A DNA stretch of 64,000 bases from positions 40,424,001-40,488,000 of the forward strand of contig OZ024746.1 in NCBI GenBank assembly GCA_964016885.1, read 5' to 3'. Under the pieces are notes generated by a model. The model saw nothing but the letters and a program-made list of their open reading frames with translations, was not told the DNA's origin and made no database searches. Of this stretch, positions 11,733-23,075 are shown piece after piece; position 1 is the first letter of the stretch; each line of letters starts with the position of its first letter. This stretch comes from Eledone cirrhosa. Lineage: Eukaryota. The position numbers and the translations under genes are program-made.

Positions 11733-12294
11733 GTATGTTTTTTTAGCTAATAATTTACTCATCTATTATTAAGGTCCCTAGTGATAGAAGCATTTTTCTT
11801 TTTAATCAGACTACATGTTAATAAAATAGTCTTAATTGTTAACAGGAAAAAAAATTGTTTATGAACACAATTTATATTTTTACTCTAAATATCCTGTAAC
11901 AATTTAGCAAAAAATGTCTAAAACAGGTTTGTTAATTGAAATGTTTATAGTACCTTTACTTGTTAGCAGATTGTTATATAAAAGTAATGACTTATTATTC
12001 AGTTTTGTACTTTTCAAGAATGTCTGCTAATGCAGTTTCGTGTGGTGCAGGATGTTAAGAGTTAATATATGTTTATATATTCAGTTCAAATGGTACAAAT
12101 TAGAAATATGGTTACATAAATTAATTCAAGCATCATCTTTGTGTAATTCTTACCAAATAAATTCATCAAAATGGTTTGCTAAAGTAGTTGTTTGTACACT
12201 GCACATTATTCTTTCCTGGATAAAAATTAAATCTATTTTAGGCACTCTAATAGTAGGTAAGTGGCACAAGTTAAAATATTTACACAAGCATTAA

Positions 12295-12930
12295 CCTTTT
12301 TGTTACCACCATATTTCTATGAAATATACTATTAGAAGTAGTTAATGAAGAATTTGGAAGGATTTATTAAAATTATTATTTTATTTTTATGAGGTTATTT
12401 GCAACATCACATAAAAGGTTCTCACATCAAATTATGTTGGAAGATTCTAATTTAAATAGGAACCCTTTAAAATGGTTGGTTTTATTTCATAGAAACAGAG
12501 GGTGCCTGGTTTGAGTTGGTATCAAATGGATTAAAATAAATGTTTGTTTTTTTAATAAAAGAAAAAGACAGTAGAAATGTAACTAGTTGATTGGCTTAGA
12601 AGAATTATATATTTTCTACTAGAAAGTAGCATGTAATAAAAAAGAAAAACATGCTCATTCTAAATCTTGTATGTACTTTTTTGTAAATTTAATTTAACCC
12701 TTTCATTACCACATATCTAATGAAATACTCTGCTTATGATTTTGAAAATAATCAAGGATTTAGTAATATAACAAATTTATTGTTATTTAGCTGGTGTTTA
12801 GAACACTAATTAGCAAAGGTTCTTACATAAAATTATGATAGAAGGTTGTTAGATAAATATAAATATTTTAAAACGAAGTTTTTGTATCTTAGAAGCAGGG
12901 GTGGTTTTGGATAGTTTGGTATCAAAAGAG
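12295..12930. mobile_element. Two degenerate TTAA-flanked piggyBac-like MITEs (about 12295-12530 and 12698-12930); relatives near 18429-18684 and 19611
   Basis: Ends read TTAA-CC(C)TTT..TTACC ... GGTATCAAA.G.-TTAA, and internal sequence is shared between copies. Confidence 0.55.
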
Positions 12931-13179
12931 TTAATTTGAAAAACCTTCACTAGAATTTATAGCCAGAACAGTGTTACACATAATAGCTATTGAGAGTGGT
13001 ATGTAATGCCACAAACTTTGTCCTAATTAGCTAATGACAACTTCCATAAAATTACACATAATAATCCATTGTCTCCAAGCTAATGATATCATATGTGAAA
13101 TTATATTATAAAGCTGCACAATTCTTTAAATATTATTGTTTAAAAGATATAATCCATTTCTCATATTTCTCATTTCTAG

Positions 13180-13401
13180 GGGAAGATATGATGTAATTCA
13201 AAAACACCTGGCAGCCATACAGGTTGCTTTGGCTACTATACAGATGTCTAACCATCATTCTAATAGCCATTTTAAACATCTTCAAGGAATGGAAAAAGTT
13301 ATTTTACAAACAACAGCCGAAAAGAATGTCTCTCCATTAAGTGAAATCTCTGAAATATTACGTATGTGTCAAAGTGAACGACATAAACCTCCCGAAGGAA
13401 G
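13180..13401 (+). CDS. SCFD2: SCFD2 exon (GRYDVIQKHLAAIQVALATIQMSNH...HKPPEG)
   Basis: TTTCTAG acceptor, AG|GTAAT donor, phase 2/2. QVALATIQ resembles SCFD2 QLGLATAQ. Confidence 0.88.
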
Positions 13402-14322
13402 GTAATTTGAGTTGTATTTATATCGCCATTAGCTGGACCTGTGGAAATTCCATGGCTGTTGACAAGACATAATAATAACTCTGACATATACTCATTATGG
13501 ACTCCTTTTTGAAGCAATATTTTATGGCTGGGTGCTCTTTCTACTGCTAATTCTATAAGTCACCTTTTATGACATACAGAGATACAGTGAACCTACTCTA
13601 AACTAGATACACATGGATGAAAGTGACAGAGTTAGAGGATTGATAGAAATGAATGTGGAAAGAAGTAGAGGAAGAGGAAGACCAAGAAAGACATGGCTAA
13701 AGAAGATGAAAGGCAGGGGATTGGTGATTGGGTATTCAAACGATAGGGCAAATGGATTGGCAGTATTGGTAGAGGGTCGGACGCCATCTTTTGCAGCACA
13801 GTTACGTCCCTTTACGGACAGTTCAAATCCCGCCGAGGTTAACTTTGTCTTTCAATCTTACAGGGTCGATAAAATATAGTACCAGTAATACACTGTGATA
13901 ATTGCTGGCCTTGTGCCAAAAGTAGAAACAATTATATGGAATGTATGACCAATATGGTTTGATCTGACCTGTCCAACACATGTCACCATGGAAAGTAGCT
14001 GTAAAATGACTATGATATATATATATATATAATATTCATAACTTTGGTGTATAGGACACAAGAAGATTTAGACATCAAATCTTTGGATAAAAAGTGTTTA
14101 TCTTAAAGTCTCCAGGGTCGCATTTTCTAATGTGTTATTTCTGCTTTGAAGACAGAGTAAAATTTGAAAGAAATTTAGCTGCTATCTAGCATGTCAAGCA
14201 ACCACATAAAAGCTTCTTTGGCTCAAGTGGAATATTTTGTTTTAGCATCCATCATAGACATAAAGTTTCAAAAATGTTAGACTCAATTATTTGTTTGTCT
14301 GTTTTTTTGTATGTATGTATGT

Positions 14323-14816
14323 TAGGTCGCTCTCATAGTCGGGTCGTCGCCGACTAAACTGGCAACTCCACCAAGCTTGCTTGGTGAGGAGGGGGATATT
14401 TGGACACCCTGCGGGATGAAATACAAGACCCGGCAAAGGGCGGAGGAACTCGGCAGAGTCAACGGCCATCCAAATAGTGCTTTTTTTTTCACCCACCTGT
14501 CAGTGAAAGGCCCCCCCCCCCCAGTTGTTGTCACAACACCTTTCTAGGAGCAGGAAACTCTGCAAAAAAAAAACCTGCAGCTTCGGAAGCATCCGATGAT
14601 GTTGACCAGTTCTCCCTTTCGCGTAGTGTTTTCGATGCTCAGAGAGTGGGATTGATCAAGTGCAAGGCCTTTCCCCACTTAAAACACCTTCAAAGTACAG
14701 GCATTGTGTGTTCAGGAACTGTTAAAGGTTTGTGTGGCTGGCCGTAGCCTAAAAGTGCACCAAACTCTATAAACTGACAAGCGATTGCATTACTCTTAGC
14801 AGAGTTTGCACCCATC
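14323..14816 (+). mobile_element. GC-rich, structured non-coding insertion resembling an RTE-type 5' UTR/non-autonomous element, flanked by (ATGT)n
   Basis: Abrupt GC shift, multiple hairpins and the same microsatellite on both sides. The family assignment is from memory and tentative. Confidence 0.5.
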
Positions 14817-14871
14817 ATGTATGTATGTATGCATGCTTTATTTTATGTTATATTATATATTATATTTCCAG

Positions 14872-14971
14872 ATTATACAGTCTAGATGACATATGGTGTC
14901 TCCTCCTTTACTGTTATTCACTGGCTGGGAAAGATCGATATTTATGGGCAAAAGAAGAACAGGGATTACAG
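14872..14971 (+). CDS. SCFD2: SCFD2 exon (LYSLDDIWCLLLYCYSLAGKDRYLWAKEEQGLQ)
   Basis: TTTCCAG acceptor, CAG|GTGA donor, phase 2/0. Resembles SCFD2 YSPEELLILLIYIYSVTG. Confidence 0.9.
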
Positions 14972-15040
14972 GTGATATATATATATATAATAATTTTTAA
15001 AATTCTTGCAATTATGTTTTAAAACAATTTATAATTCATT

Positions 15041-16456
15041 CAGCAAAGTTAGGATTGGCAATGAGTATAGCGAGGAATTTAGCGTACAGGTTGGGGTCCA
15101 CCAGGGCTCTGTTCTTAGCCCTCTCCTGTTCATCATAGTCCTGCAGGCAATAACGGAGGAGTTTAAGACCGGATGCCCATGGGAACTCCTGTATGCTGAT
15201 GACCTCGCACTCATAGCTGAATCTATGGTAGAACTAGAGAATAAATTCCAAACCTGGAAGCAGGGACTAGAGAGAAAGGGCCTCAAAGTCAACATGACAA
15301 AGACTAAGGTCCTTATAAGTAGACGAGAAAACAGAACCCAGATCCCCTCAGGGAAATGGCCTTGCTCAGTATGTAGGAAAGGTGTAGGTAGGAACTCCAT
15401 TCTCTGCCCCAAATGCAAACAATGGGTACACAAGAGATGTAGCGGGATCTCAGGAAGCTTAATTAAGAATGTAGGATTCACATGCAGCAGCTGTGCTGAA
15501 ACAGCAAGCAAACAGCCACAGGAAACAAGTACCACCAATCTCTGGGAGGGCCCTGTAGAAACAGTAGACAGCTTCTGCTACCTAGGTGACCGAATTAGCA
15601 ACGGAGGTGGGTGCTCAGAAAGTACAATAACTAGGGTAAGAACAGGATGGAAGAAGTTTAGGGAACTACTACCACTGCTAGCTGCAAAAGGCTTCTCCCT
15701 CAGAATGAAAGGCAGACTGTATGATGCGTGTATCCGAACAGCGATGTTGCATGGTAGTGAGACCTGGGCGCTGAAGGTGGAAGACTTACGTAGATTAGAG
15801 AGACACGCAGCCTGCATGCTCCGATGGATGTGTAACAGTAATATACGTGAACGACAAAGCATAAAGGAATTGAGAGAGAGACTGAGCATAAGAGGAATCA
15901 AATGCTGCGTGCAGGAGAGGCGGTTACGCTGGTATGGACATGTGATGCGTATGAAGGATGACAGCTGCATAAAAAGGTGCAGAGCACTAGAAGTTGATGG
16001 AAACCGCGGAGTGAGGAGACCCAAGATGACTTGGGATGAGGTGATAAAAGCCGACCTTACCCAACTACACCTCTCAAAGTCAATGACACACGACCGTGAC
16101 TTCTGGCGTCACGCAGTAATACAGGGTACCCGACCTCCCATGGGTACATGCTGAAGCATATAAACAATATGCCCCCCCCCCCCCCCACCGCAAGGTGGTC
16201 GTGGAGGTGCCACGGCAAAATAGCACCCAGCCCACACTGTAAAGTGGACGTGTAGGCGCCACGAAAAAGCACCCAGCACTCACTGTAAATGAGGTTGGTG
16301 TTAGGAAGGGCATCCAGCTGTAGAAATCAAGCCAGATCAGTTCCTGTATGAGCAAGGCATGGTCAGCCGACCAGACACTGCCCACAACAGGACAACCCGT
16401 CTAACCCATGCTAGCGTGGAAGAACGGACGTAAAACGGTGATGATGATGATGATGA
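15041..16456 (+). mobile_element. 5'-truncated RTE-clade LINE (RT C-terminal half with PHD-like zinc finger, 3' UTR, (GAT)n tail)
   Basis: Motifs VGVHQGSVLSPLLF, YADD, FCYLG, HGSETW and RRLRWYGHVMR. Almost identical to 54768-56169. Confidence 0.93.
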
Positions 16457-16602
16457 TTGACCTGCTCAACCAGAGGACATCTGGGATTAAACAACAATAA
16501 AGGTAGCCTCAAATTCTTAGTAATGATAAGAATGAAACTTAATGTTATGATCATCAGAAGAGATGAAATTGTTCTCTCCTCACTTATGTAAAAAGTAAAA
16601 TA

Positions 16603-17032
16603 TTAGGTTGATGCAAAATTAATGACTGTTCTCATTGATTTTAAATTTATTCTACAATACAGCACCAAACTACAATCAAAACATGTTTAACCCTTTAGCA
16701 TTTAAACCGGCTGTATCTGGCCATAATTCTCTCACCTCTTTTTATTCAAACCGGCCATAACGGGTTGCTCATACTTATGTTAAGGTATTGTTCTCAAAAT
16801 AAGTAATATCAAAATCTCATAGATTCAATATTATGTGAGGTAAAGCCTTTACCATGAAAATATAATAGTAAATATAGAGTAATGTAAATGCTAAAGGGTT
16901 AAATGATCATTCTGGAGCATAATCACTGTCTACTTCAAGGGATATTTTTCTGAAAAAAAAAATAGAAATAACAGTGGTTCTTAGTTAAATTAATTAAAAA
17001 TAGAATCAGTTGTTAATTTTGCATCATCCCAA
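16603..17032. mobile_element. Tc1/mariner-type MITE interrupted by a piggyBac-like MITE
   Basis: Imperfect TIRs TA-TTAGGTTGATGCAAAATTAA ... TTAATTTTGCATCATCCCAA-TA. Confidence 0.6.
16691..16898. mobile_element. piggyBac-like MITE
   Basis: Perfect 14-bp TIR CCCTTTAGCATTTA / TAAATGCTAAAGGG with TTAA on both sides. Confidence 0.8.
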
Positions 17033-17101
17033 TATAAAACAAATTGAACCATGTATTTAAGAGTGTTTTTTTTTGTTTTTATTTTTTTTTCTCTGTTTCA
17101 G

Positions 17102-17165
17102 GCAGGAATTGTAAAGGAAATCCTCACAGAGTTGAAGAATTTACCTCCTTTAACAAAAACACTTG
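17102..17165 (+). CDS. SCFD2: SCFD2 exon (AGIVKEILTELKNLPPLTKTL)
   Basis: Long T-tract acceptor, G|GTAAG donor, phase 0/1. Confidence 0.85.
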
Positions 17166-18284
17166 GTAAGATATATTCTTTCTATAATCTTGGGAATCTC
17201 AAACAGATCATTGTTATCGTCACTGCTGCCACTGCTGTTATATGATGATGATGATGATGTATATACTAAAGTATTTGAGGAAGACACTTTCACATAGCCT
17301 AGCTATCTCCCAGCTATACTTACAGGAGTATTTCAACTCAATATTACTATGCCCTGCCCCCACTCCATCCATACTCCTTCTTGTTTTCATTCTTTAGCTG
17401 CAGCTCTCCGGCACCCTAAATCCCTTAGCTACCTTCATCATCACATTCTAGTAGCTACTATCTTTACCCAAATGCACCCTACCCATGTCCCCTCCACTAT
17501 CCCCCTCTTAGCTATTCGCTCCATTCTTCCTTTCCTGGCACTAGTGAGTACCACCCCCACACCAGTGCTAATGACCACGATCCGCGACCTACCTCTTCAT
17601 CACTTCAGTGTTCTCACCACTGCATCCCTTTCTCCACTCATCATCCTATTAAATCACTCCACTCTCACCATAACTTCACACTCATCTGCCTCCTATCACC
17701 CCTCCTATAAGTAAAGTTGTCCTGGGTGGAATTTGAGCTCAGAATGCAAGGAGCTTGACTAAATTCTGATGCTTTGATGTGTCTATCTATCTGTTGCCTC
17801 TAACGGAATGGGTCATTGAGTTAAGAATCTTTGCCAAAGATACAGATCAGTGTTTACAATGGCATATGAACTGTAAAGTGGTCGTGTAGGTGTCACAATA
17901 AAATGCACCCAGTCCACACTGTAAAGTGGTCGTGTAGGTGTCAACCAAACGCACTCAGCCCACACTAAAATGGTCATGTAGGAGTCATGGCAAAAAGCAC
18001 CCAGCACACACTGTAAATGTGGTTGGCATTAGGAAGTTGTATCCAGCCATAGAAACCTAACCAGAAACAGTCCTATATGAGCAAGACACAGTCACCTGAC
18101 CCAACATACCTATCTAACCCATGCTGGCATAGAAATGGACATTAAATGATGATGAACCATTTAAACTAACTGTAATTCATCTATGTTACATACCAATAAT
18201 ATTAATTCTTTCTTCTCTACAGAATTTATGATTTCTAAAGTTTATTTTGTTTGCAAATGTGATGTGTTGAATATTGTGTTTTAG

Positions 18285-18387
18285 TTAAAGAGAACCACAC
18301 AGAGGGTACAGTGTCAGTTATAGTTCAAGGCGTGTGGGAAAAACTTAAAAGCCTTGGAGATGCAAGAGAAGAACTCAAGCAATTTAG
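18285..18387 (+). CDS. SCFD2: SCFD2 exon (KENHTEGTVSVIVQGVWEKLKSLGDAREELKQF)
   Basis: Phase 1/2. AR..LKQF matches SCFD2 ARSLLKQF. Confidence 0.87.
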
Positions 18388-19432
18388 GTATTCATTTCTT
18401 TCTTTTTATTGTACAGCCAAACATTTAATCCTTTTGATACCAAATTGCCTAAAACTGACCCTTTTCTACAATACAAAACTATTTATTTTAAAGCACTTAT
18501 CTTTATCTAAAAACCTTTCATCATAATTTTTATGTAAGAACCTTGCTTAAATTATGTTAAAAACACCAATTTAATAACGAGAAAGTTAGTTATGTAACCA
18601 AATTTATTCAAATTCTTGATTATTATCAAAATTATTTGAGATTTATAGGCAGTGTCTTTCATTAGAAATATAATAACAACAGGGTTAACAATTTATTATT
18701 TTTGTTATGTATATATCATGTGTATCATGTTGCAAGAGGTGACTAGAAAGGTTAGTGTCAGGAAGGTCATCTGGCTCTAAAACACAGTTTCAAAACATCT
18801 AGTCCAACATCCTGTGTGTTGACAGATAGATGATATCTATAGACTGACCAATGAATACATGGGATGGATGGTACAATAAGATCTGAGGATGTTAGGCCTT
18901 AGAAACAAGATGATACAGGATTGTAAAATATGGCACTATGTCATACTGTGAAGGCGGCGAATTGGCAGAGTCATTAGAAGGTCAAATCGAATGCTTTATG
19001 GTATTCATTCCAGCTCTCTGCTCTCTGAGTGCAAATCCTGCCACAGTCAACTTTGCCTTTCATCCTTTTGCAGTCGATAAAAAAATACCAGTTTCTTCCT
19101 CTATATCTCTTTCTCATTTCCTCTATCTCACTTTCTATCTTTCTCTGGAAGAAATCTGTACTCAGACCTGGAGAGGGATTGGCTCTGCCAGGCTTAAAAT
19201 GCCCAAGAAAAGCTGTATGTCAATACAGCACCCCTATGACTCTATCAGGAGTTATGGGCCCATACATAGTTAATCTATACAATCTATGACAGAATTGGAA
19301 AATTGATGTTAAAACTAAGGTTGTTCTTTTTAATATTCTTTGTAGAACTGAAATTTAAACAAATAGACTGTGATGTTATATGCATAGATGTTTACATTGT
19401 TGTTATTTGTTTATTTATTTATTTATTTTCAG

Positions 19433-19588
19433 TTCTGTTCTTAAGGCAGGAGATGAAAGCAGTCCTCCTCATTACAAATCCATCCTAAAGCAAATAGTTG
19501 AATTAATATTTGATCCAAATAAAGCTGAAATGATTGATGTTGAATGCAAAACTGGTGGCCTCAAAGATCTTCTGAAAACTGGTTTTGG
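19433..19588 (+). CDS. SCFD2: SCFD2 exon (SVLKAGDESSPPHYKSILKQIVELIFDPNKAEMIDVECKTGGLKDLLKTGF)
   Basis: Matches the recalled SCFD2 YKPLLKQVVEEIF...GLTDLLKTGF; canonical splice sites, phase 2/2. Confidence 0.95.
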
Positions 19589-20450
19589 GTAAGGAAGTAT
19601 CCAATATTTAACCCTTTTGATATCAACCTGCCTAAAACTGCCTCAGGTTCTATGAAACAAACCCCTCCCTCCATTTTAAAAGGTTCTTATTTAGATTAAA
19701 ATCATTCAACATCCTTGGCAGTATCAGTGGAGAGTCGGGCGCCATGCTTTCCAGCATAGAGTTATGTCCCTTTACTGTCTGAGTTCAAATCCCGCTGAGG
19801 TTAACTTTGCCTTTCATCCTTACAGGGTAGATAAAATAAAGTACCAGTAATGTACTGGAATAATTGCTGGCCTTGTGCCAAAAGTAGAAACAATTATTTT
19901 ATATAAGACTCTATTAAGTTATGTTACAAATATCATCTATATATTTTTTGTAAATCTGTCTAGGTTCTTCATAAATTAATTCATGTACAACATATTTCAT
20001 TAGAATTATGTTCACAAATTTCCATGTCATCATCACCATTTATTTTCTATGCTTGCATGGGTTAGACGGGTTTTTGTGTGCTGAGGCTAGACCAGTCAGG
20101 AGACCACATCCTGTTCATATGCTCTATTTTGGCTTAGATTCTTCTGCTAGATGTCCTTCTTAATGCCAACCACTCTACAGCGTATACTGGGAGCATGGTT
20201 TCTACAGCTGGGTGCTCTTCCTAATACCAATCACTTTACAGTGTGTACTGGAGCATTTTATTGTAACTTGAGCACTACCCCATTAGAAGCTGGACTGGGT
20301 GTCTTTCATCATAGTACCAGCACTTTCAATCTACTGGGGGGGGGGGGTGCTTTTCATTGTGGCACTAGCATGGACACCTTACAAGGTGAACTGGGTACTT
20401 TTCATTGTGACACCATCACTACCACTTTATATATATATATATATATATAT

Positions 20451-20791
20451 GGAGGCACATGGCTTAGTGGTTAGAGCATTGACCTTGCAATTGAAAGTTT
20501 GTGAGTTCAATTCTCAGACCGGGTGATGTGTTGTTTCCTTGAGCAAGACACTTTATTTCACATTGCTCCAGTTTACTCAGCTGTAGAAATGAGATGATAG
20601 GGACTGGGGTCCATATCATTCCACTGCAAAGTGGTCGTGGAGGTGCCACGGCAAAAAAAGCACCCAGCACTCATTGTAAATGAGGTTGGTGTTAGGAAGG
20701 GCATCCAGCTGTAGAAATCAAGCTAGAATCAGTTCCCGTCCTACCCTTGCAAGCAGGGAAAAAGCGGTCGTAAAATGAAATGATGATGATG
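20451..20791 (+). mobile_element. tRNA-headed SINE with RTE-derived tail
   Basis: A-box-like TGGCTTAGTGG, B-box-like GAGTTCAATTCTC and a (GAT)n end. Inverted twin of 6191-6533. Confidence 0.85.
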
Positions 20792-20974
20792 ATATATATA
20801 AAATAGGATTGTATGCCAAAAAGGAAATGTGATGTAATGTAAAATGTTTTATTCTTTGTAATTCACAAAAATTTATCACCCAAATTACCAAGTTCCTCCC
20901 CTCCTCTCAATTTAGAGATCTTTTTTTGCAAAATATCTTCTCGTTTTTCTAGGATTGTGCTTGTTCTTTTATAG

Positions 20975-21107
20975 GCTCTTTATGAATATCTCCAAGCCAA
21001 GACCCAGTGATCATCCTCTTTTGATAATCTATGTGATAGGAGGAATGACCACAACTGAAATCAAGCAAATTAAAGACATGCTAGCATCATTAAAGACAGA
21101 TACAAAG
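20975..21107 (+). CDS. SCFD2: SCFD2 exon (LFMNISKPRPSDHPLLIIYVIGGMTTTEIKQIKDMLASLKTDTK)
   Basis: Sec1-family (V/I)GG.T..E motif. Matches the recalled SCFD2 RPHPSDYPLLILFVVGGVTVSEVK; phase 2/0. Confidence 0.95.
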
Positions 21108-21167
21108 GTTTAGAATCCTTTTTTTTTTTAATTATATTATTTTTTATTTTGTTTTGTTGTCATATTA

Positions 21168-21482
21168 CAGGTAATGAATCCTTTATCTGAAATTCCCAAA
21201 TCCAAAGGTTTTTCTAGTGTTGACATACATGACTTGCTGCAAATGTAAAATTCCACAAACCAGGGTTTATGTGACTTATGTAAAACTATTTTCAGGGTAT
21301 ATGTATAAGCTGTATTATGAAATGTAAATGGATATTATGTTTATGCTTGGGTTCCATCCCCATGCTGTCCCATTTTATAGATGCTGTATACAAAGTATAC
21401 AAATATTCCAAAATGTGAAAACATCCAGAATACAAAACATTCCCTCAGTTGCAAGCATTTTAGATAGAGGAACCCCAACCTG
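21168..21482. mobile_element. Tigger/pogo-like MITE
   Basis: Imperfect TIRs TA-CAGGT..GAATCCTTTATCTGAAAT ... ATTTTAGATAGAGGAACCCCAACCTG-TA with a TA target. Confidence 0.55.
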
Positions 21483-22554
21483 TATAACAATTACTAGAAA
21501 TATTTAAGTTCATGATTAGTCGGGTTAAAAAAGCCCTCAAAATGAGATGATGATACATATTTCCCTAATATGTATGATACCTTACCACATCTGAAAATAT
21601 AAGAGAGAATTGTATTTTCTTTATCTTACATTATAATTAAAAAATATTATGTATATATATATTACGAGCGAGACATGGCCACCTGACCAATCTTGCCTCA
21701 AGTGGGACACTTCCTGTCTAACCCATGCTTGCATGGAAGATGAACGTTAAACGATGATAATGATGATGAGAATTTGACTTTGTAAAGCCACGACAATGCA
21801 GGGTTTGGACAGAGAAAAAATCAAAATGCAAAAAGGACAAAAAGTAGGGTTTGTTCTTTTTTACCTTAATTTATTCGTATCACCTGATATTTCGAGATTA
21901 GTATCTCTTCGACTGAGGAAAATAAAGTCAATATTCCAGTGTCCGATGTGGCTTGCTATACCATTTAAACCACTTTCGGCCAGCATGGTATAACAAGCCA
22001 CATTGGACAATAGCAAGCCAGTGGGACTATGCCATCAATAATGATAGTGACAGCATTAAACATATTCATTTTTAATGTTCAGGTTTAGTATGTTATATAC
22101 ACCAAGATTACTATATATATATGAACAATCATACAAACTGGGAAATTTGTGTTTTGATAAAGTAATGATTTTCATAAGAGGAACATTATAGTTTATATTG
22201 ATTACTGACACATAAAAATGCTTAAAGATAAAAATGATTTTTTAATTATTTATTTCTTGGAATCACATAAATGTTCAGCATATATGTTAAATAACTTATA
22301 ACATGGAAGATATTGGAAGAAATAACTATAGATAGGGATAAATGTAAGATTAGAACCCAGGAGCTTGTGATTTAAAAGCAAACTTCTTATTGTAGCAACA
22401 TAACTGAGATAGGAACTGCATTGTGGGTATGTGTGTGATTGTGTAAGTTTTAAAGAGTTACAGACAGACGTATATATATTAATAAATATACAAACACACA
22501 TGGCATATTATTTTGATTGATATGTTTTGTTTTTCTTTTATTGGCTATTTTCAG

Positions 22555-22641
22555 ATTTTATTTGGAAGTACACAGCTTGTGAACCCATGCAGTCTTGCAC
22601 TGTCAATATTATGTGAAAATAGAATGAACCCTTGTATATAA
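22555..22641 (+). CDS. SCFD2: SCFD2 last coding exon (ILFGSTQLVNPCSLALSILCENRMNPCI*)
   Basis: TTTTCAG acceptor. The Sec1-family terminal GST..(L/V)NP motif and the R.(H/N)P end are as in SCFD2. TAA at 22639-22641, AATAAA at 22648-22653. Confidence 0.9.
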   Translation: MLFGSTQLVNPCSLALSILCENRMNPCI

Positions 22642-23075
22642 AAAAACAATAAAATACTGTTATATATATATATATAAATATATATATATAATTATAATAA
22701 TAATAATAATTCTTTATTATTTATTTATTTCAGTATTATAATAATAATTGTTTCTACTTTTGGCACAAGGCCAGCAATTACCCCAGTGCATTACTGGTGC
22801 TTTATTTTATCAGCCTCGTAAGGATGAAAGGCAAAGTTAACCTCGGCAGGATTTGAACACAGTTCATAAAGAGCCGTAACTCTATGCTGCAAAGCATGGC
22901 ATCCAACCCTCTACCTATACTGCCAATAATAATGATTTCTTTATTAAACACAAAGGGTTTACAAAAAATACATTAAGGACAGCACAGGATGGTACAGAGC
23001 GGTGCAAATATGGGTTTCTATTAGTAAAAGAAAAGTATTCTTAAGTGTATTGATTTGTTTTATTATATATATATA

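Noticed and set aside
20451-20525. tRNA gene
   Set aside because: A/B-box-like head without a proper cloverleaf, fused to a SINE body and repeated elsewhere.
21878-21925. Possible minus-strand hammerhead (TCGAAGA GAT...ATCTC GAAA TATCA)
   Set aside because: The core lacks CUGA and no convincing helix I was found; at best a decayed relic.
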